DNA of 34,202 bases from a virus (Duplodnaviria > Caudoviricetes). Numbering within the stretch: position 1 is the stretch's first letter; each line of letters starts with the position of its first letter. The position numbers and the translations under genes are program-made. The DNA is taken from IMG/VR virus record IMGVR_UViG_3300020234_000015, positions 1 through 34,202 of that record; one strand, 5' to 3'. Below are positions 8,408-16,689 of this stretch, one piece after another. The notes below the pieces were generated by a model that searched no databases, was not told the origin of the DNA, and saw only the letters and a list, made by a program, of their open reading frames with translations.

Positions 8408-10348
8408 ATGGCAGCAAAACCTAATATGAGAGAACGGCAGATCGTTGGCGCAATGGATGTGCAAGGTCCACAGGGCGGCTTGTCTGCAATGATCGGTCAG
8501 GCTGGTGGCAGCAAGACCATGGTCGATGAGGTGCAGCGAGTTGAATCCATGCCCGGTGGGATGGAACTGCTGTACACCATGGCTGCTGAAGAGCTGATGA
8601 AAAAAGCGGGTGCCTCCAAGTCGGACGCCAAGAAGATCCGTCTCTACAAATACGGTGGTGCGGTCGAGCGAGCCTATGCAAAGGGAGGCCCAGCCCGAGC
8701 AGCGGCAGAGAAGACACGAGCTGCAGGACGTGGCGACGACTCCATGATGTTGCACGTCAGCCCCGAGGAGTACGAAGTCATCGAGGCTATGTGGGGACCG
8801 GCGGAGATCAATCCCGACACGGGCATCGGCGAGTACGGTTTCCTGTCGAAGATCTGGAAGAAGATTAAGAAAACGGTGAAGAAGATTGTCTCTTCTAAGA
8901 TTTTCCAGATCGTTGCTCCAATTGCACTGAGCATTTTTGTTCCCGGTCTCGGCACCGCTATCGGCGGCATGCTGGGAGCCGGTAGTGGTGCTGCTGCTAG
9001 TGTCATAGGTAATGCCCTCGTGCAGGGTGGGCTCAGCGCTGCAGGGGGTGGCGACTTCATGAAGGGCGCACTTTCCGGTGCGATCACAGGTGGCCTGGGT
9101 AAGATGGCTGGGGCTCAAGTCAGCAAGCTTGCTCCCAATATGTCTGCACGTACTGCAGCCATCGTTGGCTCCAGTCTGGCAGGTGGCACAGCTTCTGCCG
9201 TAACCGGTGGCGAATTTATGGAAGGTGCCGTCATGGGTGGACTGGGCGAGTACATGCGTCCGATGACTGAAGGTATCGTCTCGAAAGGACAAGAGATGTT
9301 AGGCATCCAAGATCCAACGGGTGGTGGCATCATGGCGGAGAGGACTAGCCCGACTGATGCCATCATATCCGGCGAGGCTATGTACGATCCCGCCACGGGT
9401 GCCTACATCCAACCTGGAGATATCACTCCTGAGCAGATGGCAGCTAACGCGGCTGCTGTACCGGGAGGGGCTGCACCTCCACCTGCAGTAGCTCCACCGA
9501 CACCTGCAACGGGAGGCGGAGGCCTCGGTGATTTCGGGCAGTATGTGATGCCTGCTCTGATGGGAGCGGGAATCCTTGGTGGTGGTGGCGCGTACGAAGA
9601 AGGTGTGCAGCCCGAGGTGCCAGCGCACATGCTAGAGAGCTTGCCGATTTACACGATGAATCGACAGTTCCAGGGCATCGATCCCAATGCGTACTACACG
9701 TATGGACAAGCAGGCGCACCTCAAAGCGGGCAACATTTGTTCATGACTCCGGAGCCCTTCGCTGGTGAGACCGGCACGCCAACGGTAGGTCCGACAGGCG
9801 GACTGGGCGTGCAGGATAATATCGCTGAGATGATCGCGGCAGGTCAGCCCATCCCGGCCTCGTTGGTTCGCGGTGGAGGTCGGCGTTTGCAAGCAGCTGG
9901 CTACACCCGAGATGCTTCCGGCACGTGGATGCCACCTCCGGCACAGCTGGGGCAAGGCATGCCGGGGAACGCCATGGGTGGCTACCAGCACGGGGGCGAG
10001 TTCGATTACTGGGCTCAGAACGCCGACGTACAGCTCGCCAGCCCTACTGTGAGCGCTGCTGGGCGTTATGTTAAAGGACCGGGCACTGGTAGGTCCGACG
10101 ACATTCCAGCTCGTCTGAGCGATGGTGAGTACGTCATGGACGCAGAAACGGTCGCACTCTTGGGTGACGGATCCGGCGACGCGGGAGCGAAGCGGTTGGA
10201 TGAGATGCGTAGCAACTTGCGCAAGCACAAATCGAAGAATCTGCGGAAGGGTGGCTTCAGTCACAAAGCGAAGGCACCGCACCAGTACATGGCGCAAGGC
10301 GGAATGGCTAAACTGCGCAGAGCGATGACCGAATCGGGGAGAGTATAG
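8408..10348 (+). CDS. Internal virion/ejection protein with Gly-zipper region and GPGTG.SD.IPA.LSDGEYV domain
   Basis: Contains the GR.DD...H.SPEE...INP.TG..E module, an amphipathic Lys helix and Gly-rich hydrophobic helices. The C-terminal motif is one I recognise from phage tape-measure/virion proteins. Confidence 0.65.
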   Translation: MAAKPNMRERQIVGAMDVQGPQGGLSAMIGQAGGSKTMVDEVQRVESMPGGMELLYTMAAEELMKKAGASKSDAKKIRLYKYGGAVERAYAKGGPARAAAEKTRAAGRGDDSMMLHVSPEEYEVIEAMWGPAEINPDTGIGEYGFLSKIWKKIKKTVKKIVSSKIFQIVAPIALSIFVPGLGTAIGGMLGAGSGAAASVIGNALVQGGLSAAGGGDFMKGALSGAITGGLGKMAGAQVSKLAPNMSARTAAIVGSSLAGGTASAVTGGEFMEGAVMGGLGEYMRPMTEGIVSKGQEMLGIQDPTGGGIMAERTSPTDAIISGEAMYDPATGAYIQPGDITPEQMAANAAAVPGGAAPPPAVAPPTPATGGGGLGDFGQYVMPALMGAGILGGGGAYEEGVQPEVPAHMLESLPIYTMNRQFQGIDPNAYYTYGQAGAPQSGQHLFMTPEPFAGETGTPTVGPTGGLGVQDNIAEMIAAGQPIPASLVRGGGRRLQAAGYTRDASGTWMPPPAQLGQGMPGNAMGGYQHGGEFDYWAQNADVQLASPTVSAAGRYVKGPGTGRSDDIPARLSDGEYVMDAETVALLGDGSGDAGAKRLDEMRSNLRKHKSKNLRKGGFSHKAKAPHQYMAQGGMAKLRRAMTESGRV

Positions 10349-11509
10349 ATGTCCAGCGTTACTGATTTCTTATTTGAGGGAAGACCTCCACAATCGGTCA
10401 CAACCTACGGGCAAACCGTGGAAAACATTCCGAAGTGGATGTCGGATTACACGCAGGGACTGATCGCGCGAGCGAATGCAGCAGCAGCTGAGCCCTACAT
10501 CCCGTATGGCGGACCCAGGATTGCTGGCTTCACTGAGGACGAGCAGGCCGCGTTCGGTATGACGGAGGCGAACATCGGTGCCTATCAGCCGTACCTCGAA
10601 GCGGGAGCTGCTGGGTACGGTGGAGGCCTGCAGCGTGCAGCCAACATCAGACGTTCAGCGGATCCCTTCCTCGAAGCGGGCTCGCGCCAGTGGACTGATG
10701 AAGGTGTCGCCGAGTCGTACATGAATCCGTACATCGGTGGCGTGCTCGACCGACAAGAGCAGCTCGCTACGCGCACACTGGAAGAGAGTTTCCTGCCGTC
10801 ACTGCAGCGCACCTTCGGAGGTGCCGGTCAGTACGGATCTCGTGGTGGCACCGGCTCGATGGAAGACATCGGTGTCCAAGGCATGCGAGATATTCAAGAG
10901 GGGCTCGAAGCACAGCGTCTCGAAGCACTGTCCGGAGCGTACGGTCAGGGTGCAGATATCTTTGGCGCAGACCAGCAACGGCAAGCCGAGTTGGCTCGCA
11001 TTACCGGTGCCCTCGAAGAAGCAGGTGCGCAGAGCATGTTCGCCGGAGCCGAAGGTCTTGGCCGAATGGGCGAAGCTGCTCAGAGAATGGGTATTACCGA
11101 TGCTGCCTCGATGGCAGAGATCGGACAACAGCAGCGCGGAATGGATCAGGCGAGCCTCGATCTTGCGTACCAAGATTTCCTGGAGCAACGCAACTTACCG
11201 TTCGAACGTGTCGGCTTCATGAGCGACGTCATTCGAGGTCTGCCATCTCCGGGGGGATACACACAACGTACCGATGTGGGACCAGCGTCGATCTATCAGC
11301 CGTCCGGTCTGTCGCAACTTGCAGGTGCTTACGGTGTGTACCGAGGCATGACGAGTGCCGAAGGTGGCTACATCGACGGAGAGTACGAGGACATAACCGG
11401 CTACGCAGACGGGGGCTACATCATGCCCGAAGAGTACGGGATAGGAGGCCTCGCTACAGCAGCGTGGAAAGGAATGTATAACTTGGGAAAAGCGCGTGGG
11501 GCGGATTGA
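10349..11509 (+). CDS. Internal virion/ejection (DNA transfer) protein
   Basis: Gln/Ala/Gly-rich and helical, with YMNPY...V and LDLAYQDFLEQR.LP motifs common in podovirus ejection proteins. A -1 frameshift extension to 11631 is possible. Confidence 0.7.
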   Translation: MSSVTDFLFEGRPPQSVTTYGQTVENIPKWMSDYTQGLIARANAAAAEPYIPYGGPRIAGFTEDEQAAFGMTEANIGAYQPYLEAGAAGYGGGLQRAANIRRSADPFLEAGSRQWTDEGVAESYMNPYIGGVLDRQEQLATRTLEESFLPSLQRTFGGAGQYGSRGGTGSMEDIGVQGMRDIQEGLEAQRLEALSGAYGQGADIFGADQQRQAELARITGALEEAGAQSMFAGAEGLGRMGEAAQRMGITDAASMAEIGQQQRGMDQASLDLAYQDFLEQRNLPFERVGFMSDVIRGLPSPGGYTQRTDVGPASIYQPSGLSQLAGAYGVYRGMTSAEGGYIDGEYEDITGYADGGYIMPEEYGIGGLATAAWKGMYNLGKARGAD

Positions 11510-11526
11510 GCCGCTGGGCGCGCTCA
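11485..11526 (+). other. Candidate programmed -1 frameshift signal (G_GGA_AAA + H-type pseudoknot)
   Basis: In-frame X_XXY_YYZ heptamer at 11485-11491 and an 8 nt spacer. Stem 1 is GGCGG/CCGCU and stem 2 is UGAG/CUCA. The -1 frame is open to TGA 11629-11631. Confidence 0.55.
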
Positions 11527-11635
11527 CTTCGTCCCGATCCTACCGACAGTATCGGTGTCCTAGGTGGTCACACGTTGGCTAATGAAGGTACCGAGAAAGA
11601 GAATATAGAACTGCAATGGAAACAGGACTGACGTT

Positions 11636-12883
11636 ATGAGAGCAGAAGTGGAGCAAGCTTATCAAGTAGGCGGAGACGTTGATGATGAGGACGGCTTCGA
11701 TCCAGCGATCACTGTTGATCAAATTGTTGCGCGGACTACTAACCCCGGAGCGGGGCAGAGTTTGCAATCGATGATCATTCAGAATCGTGATCAGGCGTTA
11801 GCGCGTCTGCGTTCGGGCCAGGAAAAGATTGCAGAACGTAGAACACGGCAGCAGAAGTCGGATGAAAGTGCGCGGTGGTTAGCGTTTGCGCAGGGCATGC
11901 TCGCACCAACACGCACAGGTGGCTTCGGTGAAACGTTAGGCAAGACTGCAGGCTTATTGCGAGAAGAAAACGCACGCGCTGCTGAAAGTGAAGCATTCGC
12001 CGACGAGAAACTTGACCTGCTCGTGGCGCAAGAGATTGCAATCGAGGCTAAGGCTATCGATCAGTTGCTCACACAGGTTGGGCACGGCAATCGAGCTAAA
12101 GGTATTCACGGAACGATTCAAACGATGGTCAATCCAGCTGACAGGGGCAAACCTCCTGCTCAGCAGGAGCTGGTCTTCGGTGTTATGAAAATACAGGATG
12201 ATGGTGCGTGGGAGATGGAAGCTTTACAGGATAAGGACGGTAATTACTTCGAGCCTGCATCGAAGATGGATCCTGCTCGTGCAGCTGCTCTCATTACTGC
12301 AGCAGAAGCTGCCCAAGCACAGGAAGGTCGCGGTCAACTGATGATCGACGAAGCGTACAGCTATAGAGGTCCGATGCGAAACGTCAGGCGTGCCAATGCT
12401 ATTTTCGAAAACGCTGAGACGATCATCGAGACCAGCGGTGTTCAAGTACTTAAGAATCGGTTGGCGAACTTCTTGGGCATTAACTTCGGCGACACGGTTG
12501 AACTGACCGAACTGCAGATGCGCGTTGCTCAGGATTACATGGACAAATTAATAAAACTGAAAGGCAACACATCTGATCGTGACATCCAAGAGATGAAAGG
12601 CATCTCTGTCGGCATGGGCATGAACTCGACTGCGAACTACCGCATGTTGAGGGAGATGGAGGTGGTCTATGCAGTTGCGATTCGGGCAGGTATTCGTGAA
12701 GCGTGGCAACGTGGACAGATGGATGAGGTCGGCGACTTGTGGTCGGCAGCAGAGGAAAATGAGTGGGTCAGAGGTGCGGTTCCGATCAGCTCGAAGGCGG
12801 ATTACGACAAGTTGAAAGTTGGTGACTACTTCTTCGAAGCACACAACTGGGGCGGACCACTGCGTCGCAAGACTGAGGAATAA
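11636..12883 (+). CDS. Internal virion/ejection protein
   Basis: 415 aa and helical, with WLAFAQGMLAPTRTGGFGE and LKGNTSDRD motifs of the kind seen in DNA-transfer proteins. It sits within the ejection cluster. Confidence 0.65.
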   Translation: MRAEVEQAYQVGGDVDDEDGFDPAITVDQIVARTTNPGAGQSLQSMIIQNRDQALARLRSGQEKIAERRTRQQKSDESARWLAFAQGMLAPTRTGGFGETLGKTAGLLREENARAAESEAFADEKLDLLVAQEIAIEAKAIDQLLTQVGHGNRAKGIHGTIQTMVNPADRGKPPAQQELVFGVMKIQDDGAWEMEALQDKDGNYFEPASKMDPARAAALITAAEAAQAQEGRGQLMIDEAYSYRGPMRNVRRANAIFENAETIIETSGVQVLKNRLANFLGINFGDTVELTELQMRVAQDYMDKLIKLKGNTSDRDIQEMKGISVGMGMNSTANYRMLREMEVVYAVAIRAGIREAWQRGQMDEVGDLWSAAEENEWVRGAVPISSKADYDKLKVGDYFFEAHNWGGPLRRKTEE

Positions 12884-12886
12884 CCG

Positions 12887-15313
12887 ATGGCTGACGAAGA
12901 ATTTGACATCACAAAACTTGGCGAGCCCGTAGGTCAGGTAGAGGCCACTGTGCAGGAAGGGCTTGGACGTGCTACCGACCTAAGCTTTTTAGGTGAGGCC
13001 GGAACAAGTCCTGTCACTGCAGCTACTGAACTGGTCCGCAGTGGTGATCTGGGTGGTCTTGAGATTGAACGTGAAACTTTGATGTCTCCGTTCCCGATGG
13101 AGCCAGGTGAGTCACGTGCAGCAAAAGAGTTGCCGGAGTTACTCACGGGCAAAGTCATAATGAATCCCCGTGTCGAACAGTTGGAGGAAACGCTCGATAA
13201 CCCTGACGCGAGTATGTGGCAGAAGATGGGCGCGCAGATGGAGCTTAACGATCTGGCCGAACACGGTGAGATGACGCAGCGTGTTGGTTCGGGTGTTGCT
13301 GCACATCTTTCCATGGGGGATAAAGCGATGCTCGCTGCAGCAGCCCTGACCATGTTTGATCCGGCAGAGATTGCAAAGATGTTGACGCAGGTCGATCCGG
13401 AAACGGGCGAGCGTAAGTGGCCTGAGTTTGGAATCCAGACAGCACCTGACGGCACTCTCATCGTGGCAAATAATGAGACGGGACAGCGTGCAGTCATCAA
13501 TCGTCCCGGCTTCAGTGCTACCGATGCGGTGCAGGCAATCGGCATCGCTGCGATCTTCACACCTGCAGGTCGAGTAACAGCTGCGATGCCTTCTATAGCA
13601 GGTCGCATAGCGACAGGTATGGCAGCAGCGGGCGGCACTGAAGCAATTATTCAAAAAGGACAGGAATGGGCTGGTGGTCAGTTCGATAAGATGGACGTCG
13701 CACTGAGTACTGCGTTAGGTCCCATCGTAGATATCGGTCGAGGTGGAGTTGCAGCGATTCAACGCACCGGCAGATTCATTGGCAGTTACCTGCCTCAGTC
13801 ATGGGCTGGAGGACTTAAGGGGATTCTTCCTGAGGCAAAAGTAGCTGTTCTCGACTTTGCCAAAAAGGCTAAGGAATATTTGCACACGGCACGCCCCGCT
13901 CTCGTATTAACGCAAGATGCGATCCCTGAAATCCACACGCCACGCATGCAGATTTTGCTAAAGATGATGGAACGTTTACCTCTTGTCGGTACCGGTGGGT
14001 TACGCAAGCGAGAGGCGTTAGAACGTGTAGAAGTACTGCGACATCTTGCTGATCGTTTCAACCTGGATCCAATTACTGCTTACGGTAACGCTGTTATAGA
14101 CAGCCTCAATCGTAATGCCGGGAAAGCTTTGACGGCTGCTCGTACTGCAGCAAAGAGTGCACTGGATACGATAGCAGATAAGCCAATCATTCTGCGTGAC
14201 TTCCGCTTGGGTATTCGAGACATCATCGAAAACGAGCAGAAGTACGGGGAGCTGGCGAACACCGGGGTCATAGATCTACTGAACAAGGTTCGTAACTCTG
14301 TCTGGCAAGGAGGCAAGGCCCAGGATTTTGCTCGCAACTTTGGTGCGCTCGATGACTGGCTACAACGACTGCGCATGGAGGCTGGCAATGCTCCGCCGCA
14401 GGCCCGAACAGTCCTTACAAAAGCAGCGGATTTACTGGAAAAGGATATGAAACGTCACGCCTTAGACGAAGGTGGAGCCGCCGGAGCCCAGTGGATTAAA
14501 GCAGTGGCTACAACCAAAGGCTTAGTGACAGAGGCGGAGAAAAAGACACTTAAAAGTTTGATCGATGCGGGGAAGATAGACCAGCAGATCATTCGGAAAG
14601 TACTAAGGGGCGGAGACGCCGGAGAGCTGAAAACACTTTACGATGCTATGACACCTACGGGACGACAATCAGCACAGCAATTGATTATGAGAAATGCTTT
14701 ACGTGTCGGTGGTTGGCGTCGTTACATGCCTAAAGAGATGGCAGTTGATCCGAAAAAAGTGTTGGCTTGGATGGAGAAGCCAGCGATAGCGAAACAATTC
14801 CAAACATTCTTTCCGGGTAAGCAGGCGCAGCAAGAACTCATCGGTTTACAAGAGTATTTAAAAGCTACTGCAGCCGCTCAAGAGATTGGAAAAGGCATAG
14901 GTATGGCAGCAGCAGGTGGCATCGGACAAATGACTGTTGATGCCGTAAACATCATGACTCTCGGAGCCCTTGGGTTCACAGCTAAGGCTTATCAAAGCGC
15001 ACCAGTTAGAAATTTGCTTCTGCGTTTGTATCACGCACGAGGGGATGTCCGTCTTCGAGATGCAATCATGATGGAGCTGAGCCCCTTACTAATGGCTGGT
15101 GGTCGGCAGGTGCTGCAGCAGTGGACGGAAGACGATCCTCAGGACAGCGTGTACATCGCTGATGAATATGCTGAGATAGAAACTCCCGGTGACGGAACTC
15201 CCAGCTTCATGGAGCAGCTACGAACTGCAACCGGTGCTGAAGGGGATGAAGTTGGAGTCACTCAGCGACTAGGTGAAATGATTTTCGGTGATGACGAGGA
15301 GCCCGTAGAATAA
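12887..15313 (+). CDS. Large ejection / DNA transfer protein (P22 gp16/gp20-like role)
   Basis: 808 aa and all-helical, with SRAAKELPEL and INRPGFSATD motifs and Ala/Gly hydrophobic segments. It is the last and largest gene of the cluster. Confidence 0.65.
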   Translation: MADEEFDITKLGEPVGQVEATVQEGLGRATDLSFLGEAGTSPVTAATELVRSGDLGGLEIERETLMSPFPMEPGESRAAKELPELLTGKVIMNPRVEQLEETLDNPDASMWQKMGAQMELNDLAEHGEMTQRVGSGVAAHLSMGDKAMLAAAALTMFDPAEIAKMLTQVDPETGERKWPEFGIQTAPDGTLIVANNETGQRAVINRPGFSATDAVQAIGIAAIFTPAGRVTAAMPSIAGRIATGMAAAGGTEAIIQKGQEWAGGQFDKMDVALSTALGPIVDIGRGGVAAIQRTGRFIGSYLPQSWAGGLKGILPEAKVAVLDFAKKAKEYLHTARPALVLTQDAIPEIHTPRMQILLKMMERLPLVGTGGLRKREALERVEVLRHLADRFNLDPITAYGNAVIDSLNRNAGKALTAARTAAKSALDTIADKPIILRDFRLGIRDIIENEQKYGELANTGVIDLLNKVRNSVWQGGKAQDFARNFGALDDWLQRLRMEAGNAPPQARTVLTKAADLLEKDMKRHALDEGGAAGAQWIKAVATTKGLVTEAEKKTLKSLIDAGKIDQQIIRKVLRGGDAGELKTLYDAMTPTGRQSAQQLIMRNALRVGGWRRYMPKEMAVDPKKVLAWMEKPAIAKQFQTFFPGKQAQQELIGLQEYLKATAAAQEIGKGIGMAAAGGIGQMTVDAVNIMTLGALGFTAKAYQSAPVRNLLLRLYHARGDVRLRDAIMMELSPLLMAGGRQVLQQWTEDDPQDSVYIADEYAEIETPGDGTPSFMEQLRTATGAEGDEVGVTQRLGEMIFGDDEEPVE

Positions 15314-15888
15314 TGCCTGCAGTACGCACCAGACAATCATCTAAAAGATTCGCACGTAACCGTGCAGGTCACCTGCTTGCGGAAGGTGCGCGCGTGTTCT
15401 TGCCTGATCATCTCGACCAGGTTCGTGCGATTGCAATGCGCGGCATCGATGAAGACCAGCTGTCTGAGATCTTCGACATCAGCAAACGGCAACTGGGCTT
15501 GTGGAAGGCGCAGTTCCCTGCATTCAAGAAAGCACTTGAGTCAGGCTACACCGATGCAGACGCTGCCGTTCTCGGTGCGTTGTACCAGACTGCTGTCGGC
15601 TACACGCATGACGAAGAAAAGATTTTTCAGTGGGACGGAGAGATCATCCGTGCCGACACCGTTAAGCATTACAAACCTGACGTGCAAGCGATCAAACTGT
15701 GGCTGACCAATCGTCAACGTGAGCACTGGGCTGATCGTAAACAGACTGAGCACACCGGTACGGACGGTGGACCTATCGGTATTCGTGACGAGACGAAGAT
15801 GGAAGTGGTCTCGAGTATTCTTGCATTGATCAAACCGAAACCGGACAACGTCGTCATCGACGGTCGCACCGGGGAGGTCGAAGAGTAA
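15313..15888 (+). CDS. Terminase small subunit-like HTH protein
   Basis: HTH (GIDEDQLSEIFDISKRQLGLWK..FP.F..AL), then AD..V..ALY..A.GY, PDV.AI..WL.NR...W.D and EHTG.DGGPI. This is the layout of a widespread TerS family. Confidence 0.8.
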   Translation: MPAVRTRQSSKRFARNRAGHLLAEGARVFLPDHLDQVRAIAMRGIDEDQLSEIFDISKRQLGLWKAQFPAFKKALESGYTDADAAVLGALYQTAVGYTHDEEKIFQWDGEIIRADTVKHYKPDVQAIKLWLTNRQREHWADRKQTEHTGTDGGPIGIRDETKMEVVSSILALIKPKPDNVVIDGRTGEVEE

Positions 15889-16688
15889 TGGGCTTAGGTA
15901 TGCGTCGATTAGAGGAAGGCGGCGAGGTTAAGAAAGCACCTTGGCCTGACTCTACTGCGGAAGAAGATGCAGCGTATGCTTTGCAAGCGCAGTTGTGGGA
16001 CATGGAATTTGAGCGGGAAGTGATCCAACAAGGTGGTCCGCAGCTGGCAGGCTTTGTCGATGCAGATAAGGCACGAATGTTAGCCGTCGGCAACTGGAAT
16101 TTGCAAGGGATGTACAGTCCTCCTGATTCTAAATCAATCATGGACATCGAGGCGTATGGACCCATTGCGGAGCAGTTGAGGGCCAGAAATATTGAGCCAC
16201 CAGGTCAGGATGTAGTTTCAGCAGTTGGTGCGGCGAATGCTAACCCACAGATCTGGGCGCACGAGTTCGGTCATCGACGTGACGAACTTAGAAGTGGTGG
16301 TGGACGTGAGAGGAATCGATTAATACATGATGCTTTCAGGTCTGATGATGCGTGGGAATGGGGTGCTGCTGTCAACCGTTGGTACGCATACAATAAAGTA
16401 AGGTTCAGCAAAGATGATCAGATTAATACTTTCACAGATGTCGAACACCATCTTAAGGAAGCGATTGCAAATAATCGCAACGCGCTTCTGCAGACTGAAG
16501 TGGATGCACGAGAAGCGGAAGGCGACGTGCCCATGAGACGTGAGGGTATGTTTCAGACGGAGAGTCTATACCGAGATCAGGAAGACCAGATGGAACGTCG
16601 CTCCAAAAGCTGGAGCCTTAAGAAGTACAACGAATTGATAAGAAATACATCGACTTTGGGACTGCAAATAAAAGGAACGGAGAAGTAA
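15888..16688 (+). CDS. Hypothetical protein with HExxH zinc-metallopeptidase motif
   Basis: IWAHEFGH near 16251-16274 and an N-terminal LEEGGEV motif. It is coupled to the upstream gene (TAATG). Confidence 0.55.
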   Translation: MGLGMRRLEEGGEVKKAPWPDSTAEEDAAYALQAQLWDMEFEREVIQQGGPQLAGFVDADKARMLAVGNWNLQGMYSPPDSKSIMDIEAYGPIAEQLRARNIEPPGQDVVSAVGAANANPQIWAHEFGHRRDELRSGGGRERNRLIHDAFRSDDAWEWGAAVNRWYAYNKVRFSKDDQINTFTDVEHHLKEAIANNRNALLQTEVDAREAEGDVPMRREGMFQTESLYRDQEDQMERRSKSWSLKKYNELIRNTSTLGLQIKGTEK

Positions 16689-16689
16689 G

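Noticed and set aside
8393-9292. Long antisense ORFs (8393-9292, 5221-6000, 12934-13638, 21124-21900, 9632-10297)
   Set aside because: They are shadows of well-supported genes on the opposite strand, with no motifs or SD context. This is expected at this GC content.
11527-11590. HDV-like/theta ribozyme suggested by CUUCG...GGCUAAUGAAG
   Set aside because: A P2 and J4/2 look-alike exists, but I could not build P1, P3/L3 or P1.1. The region is better explained as the -1 frame coding extension.
11582-11636. Amber recoding (ATG 11582 in frame with 11636 across a TAG)
   Set aside because: TAG serves as a normal stop for tightly packed genes (3551, 8403, 10348, 30031), and long genes are not fragmented.
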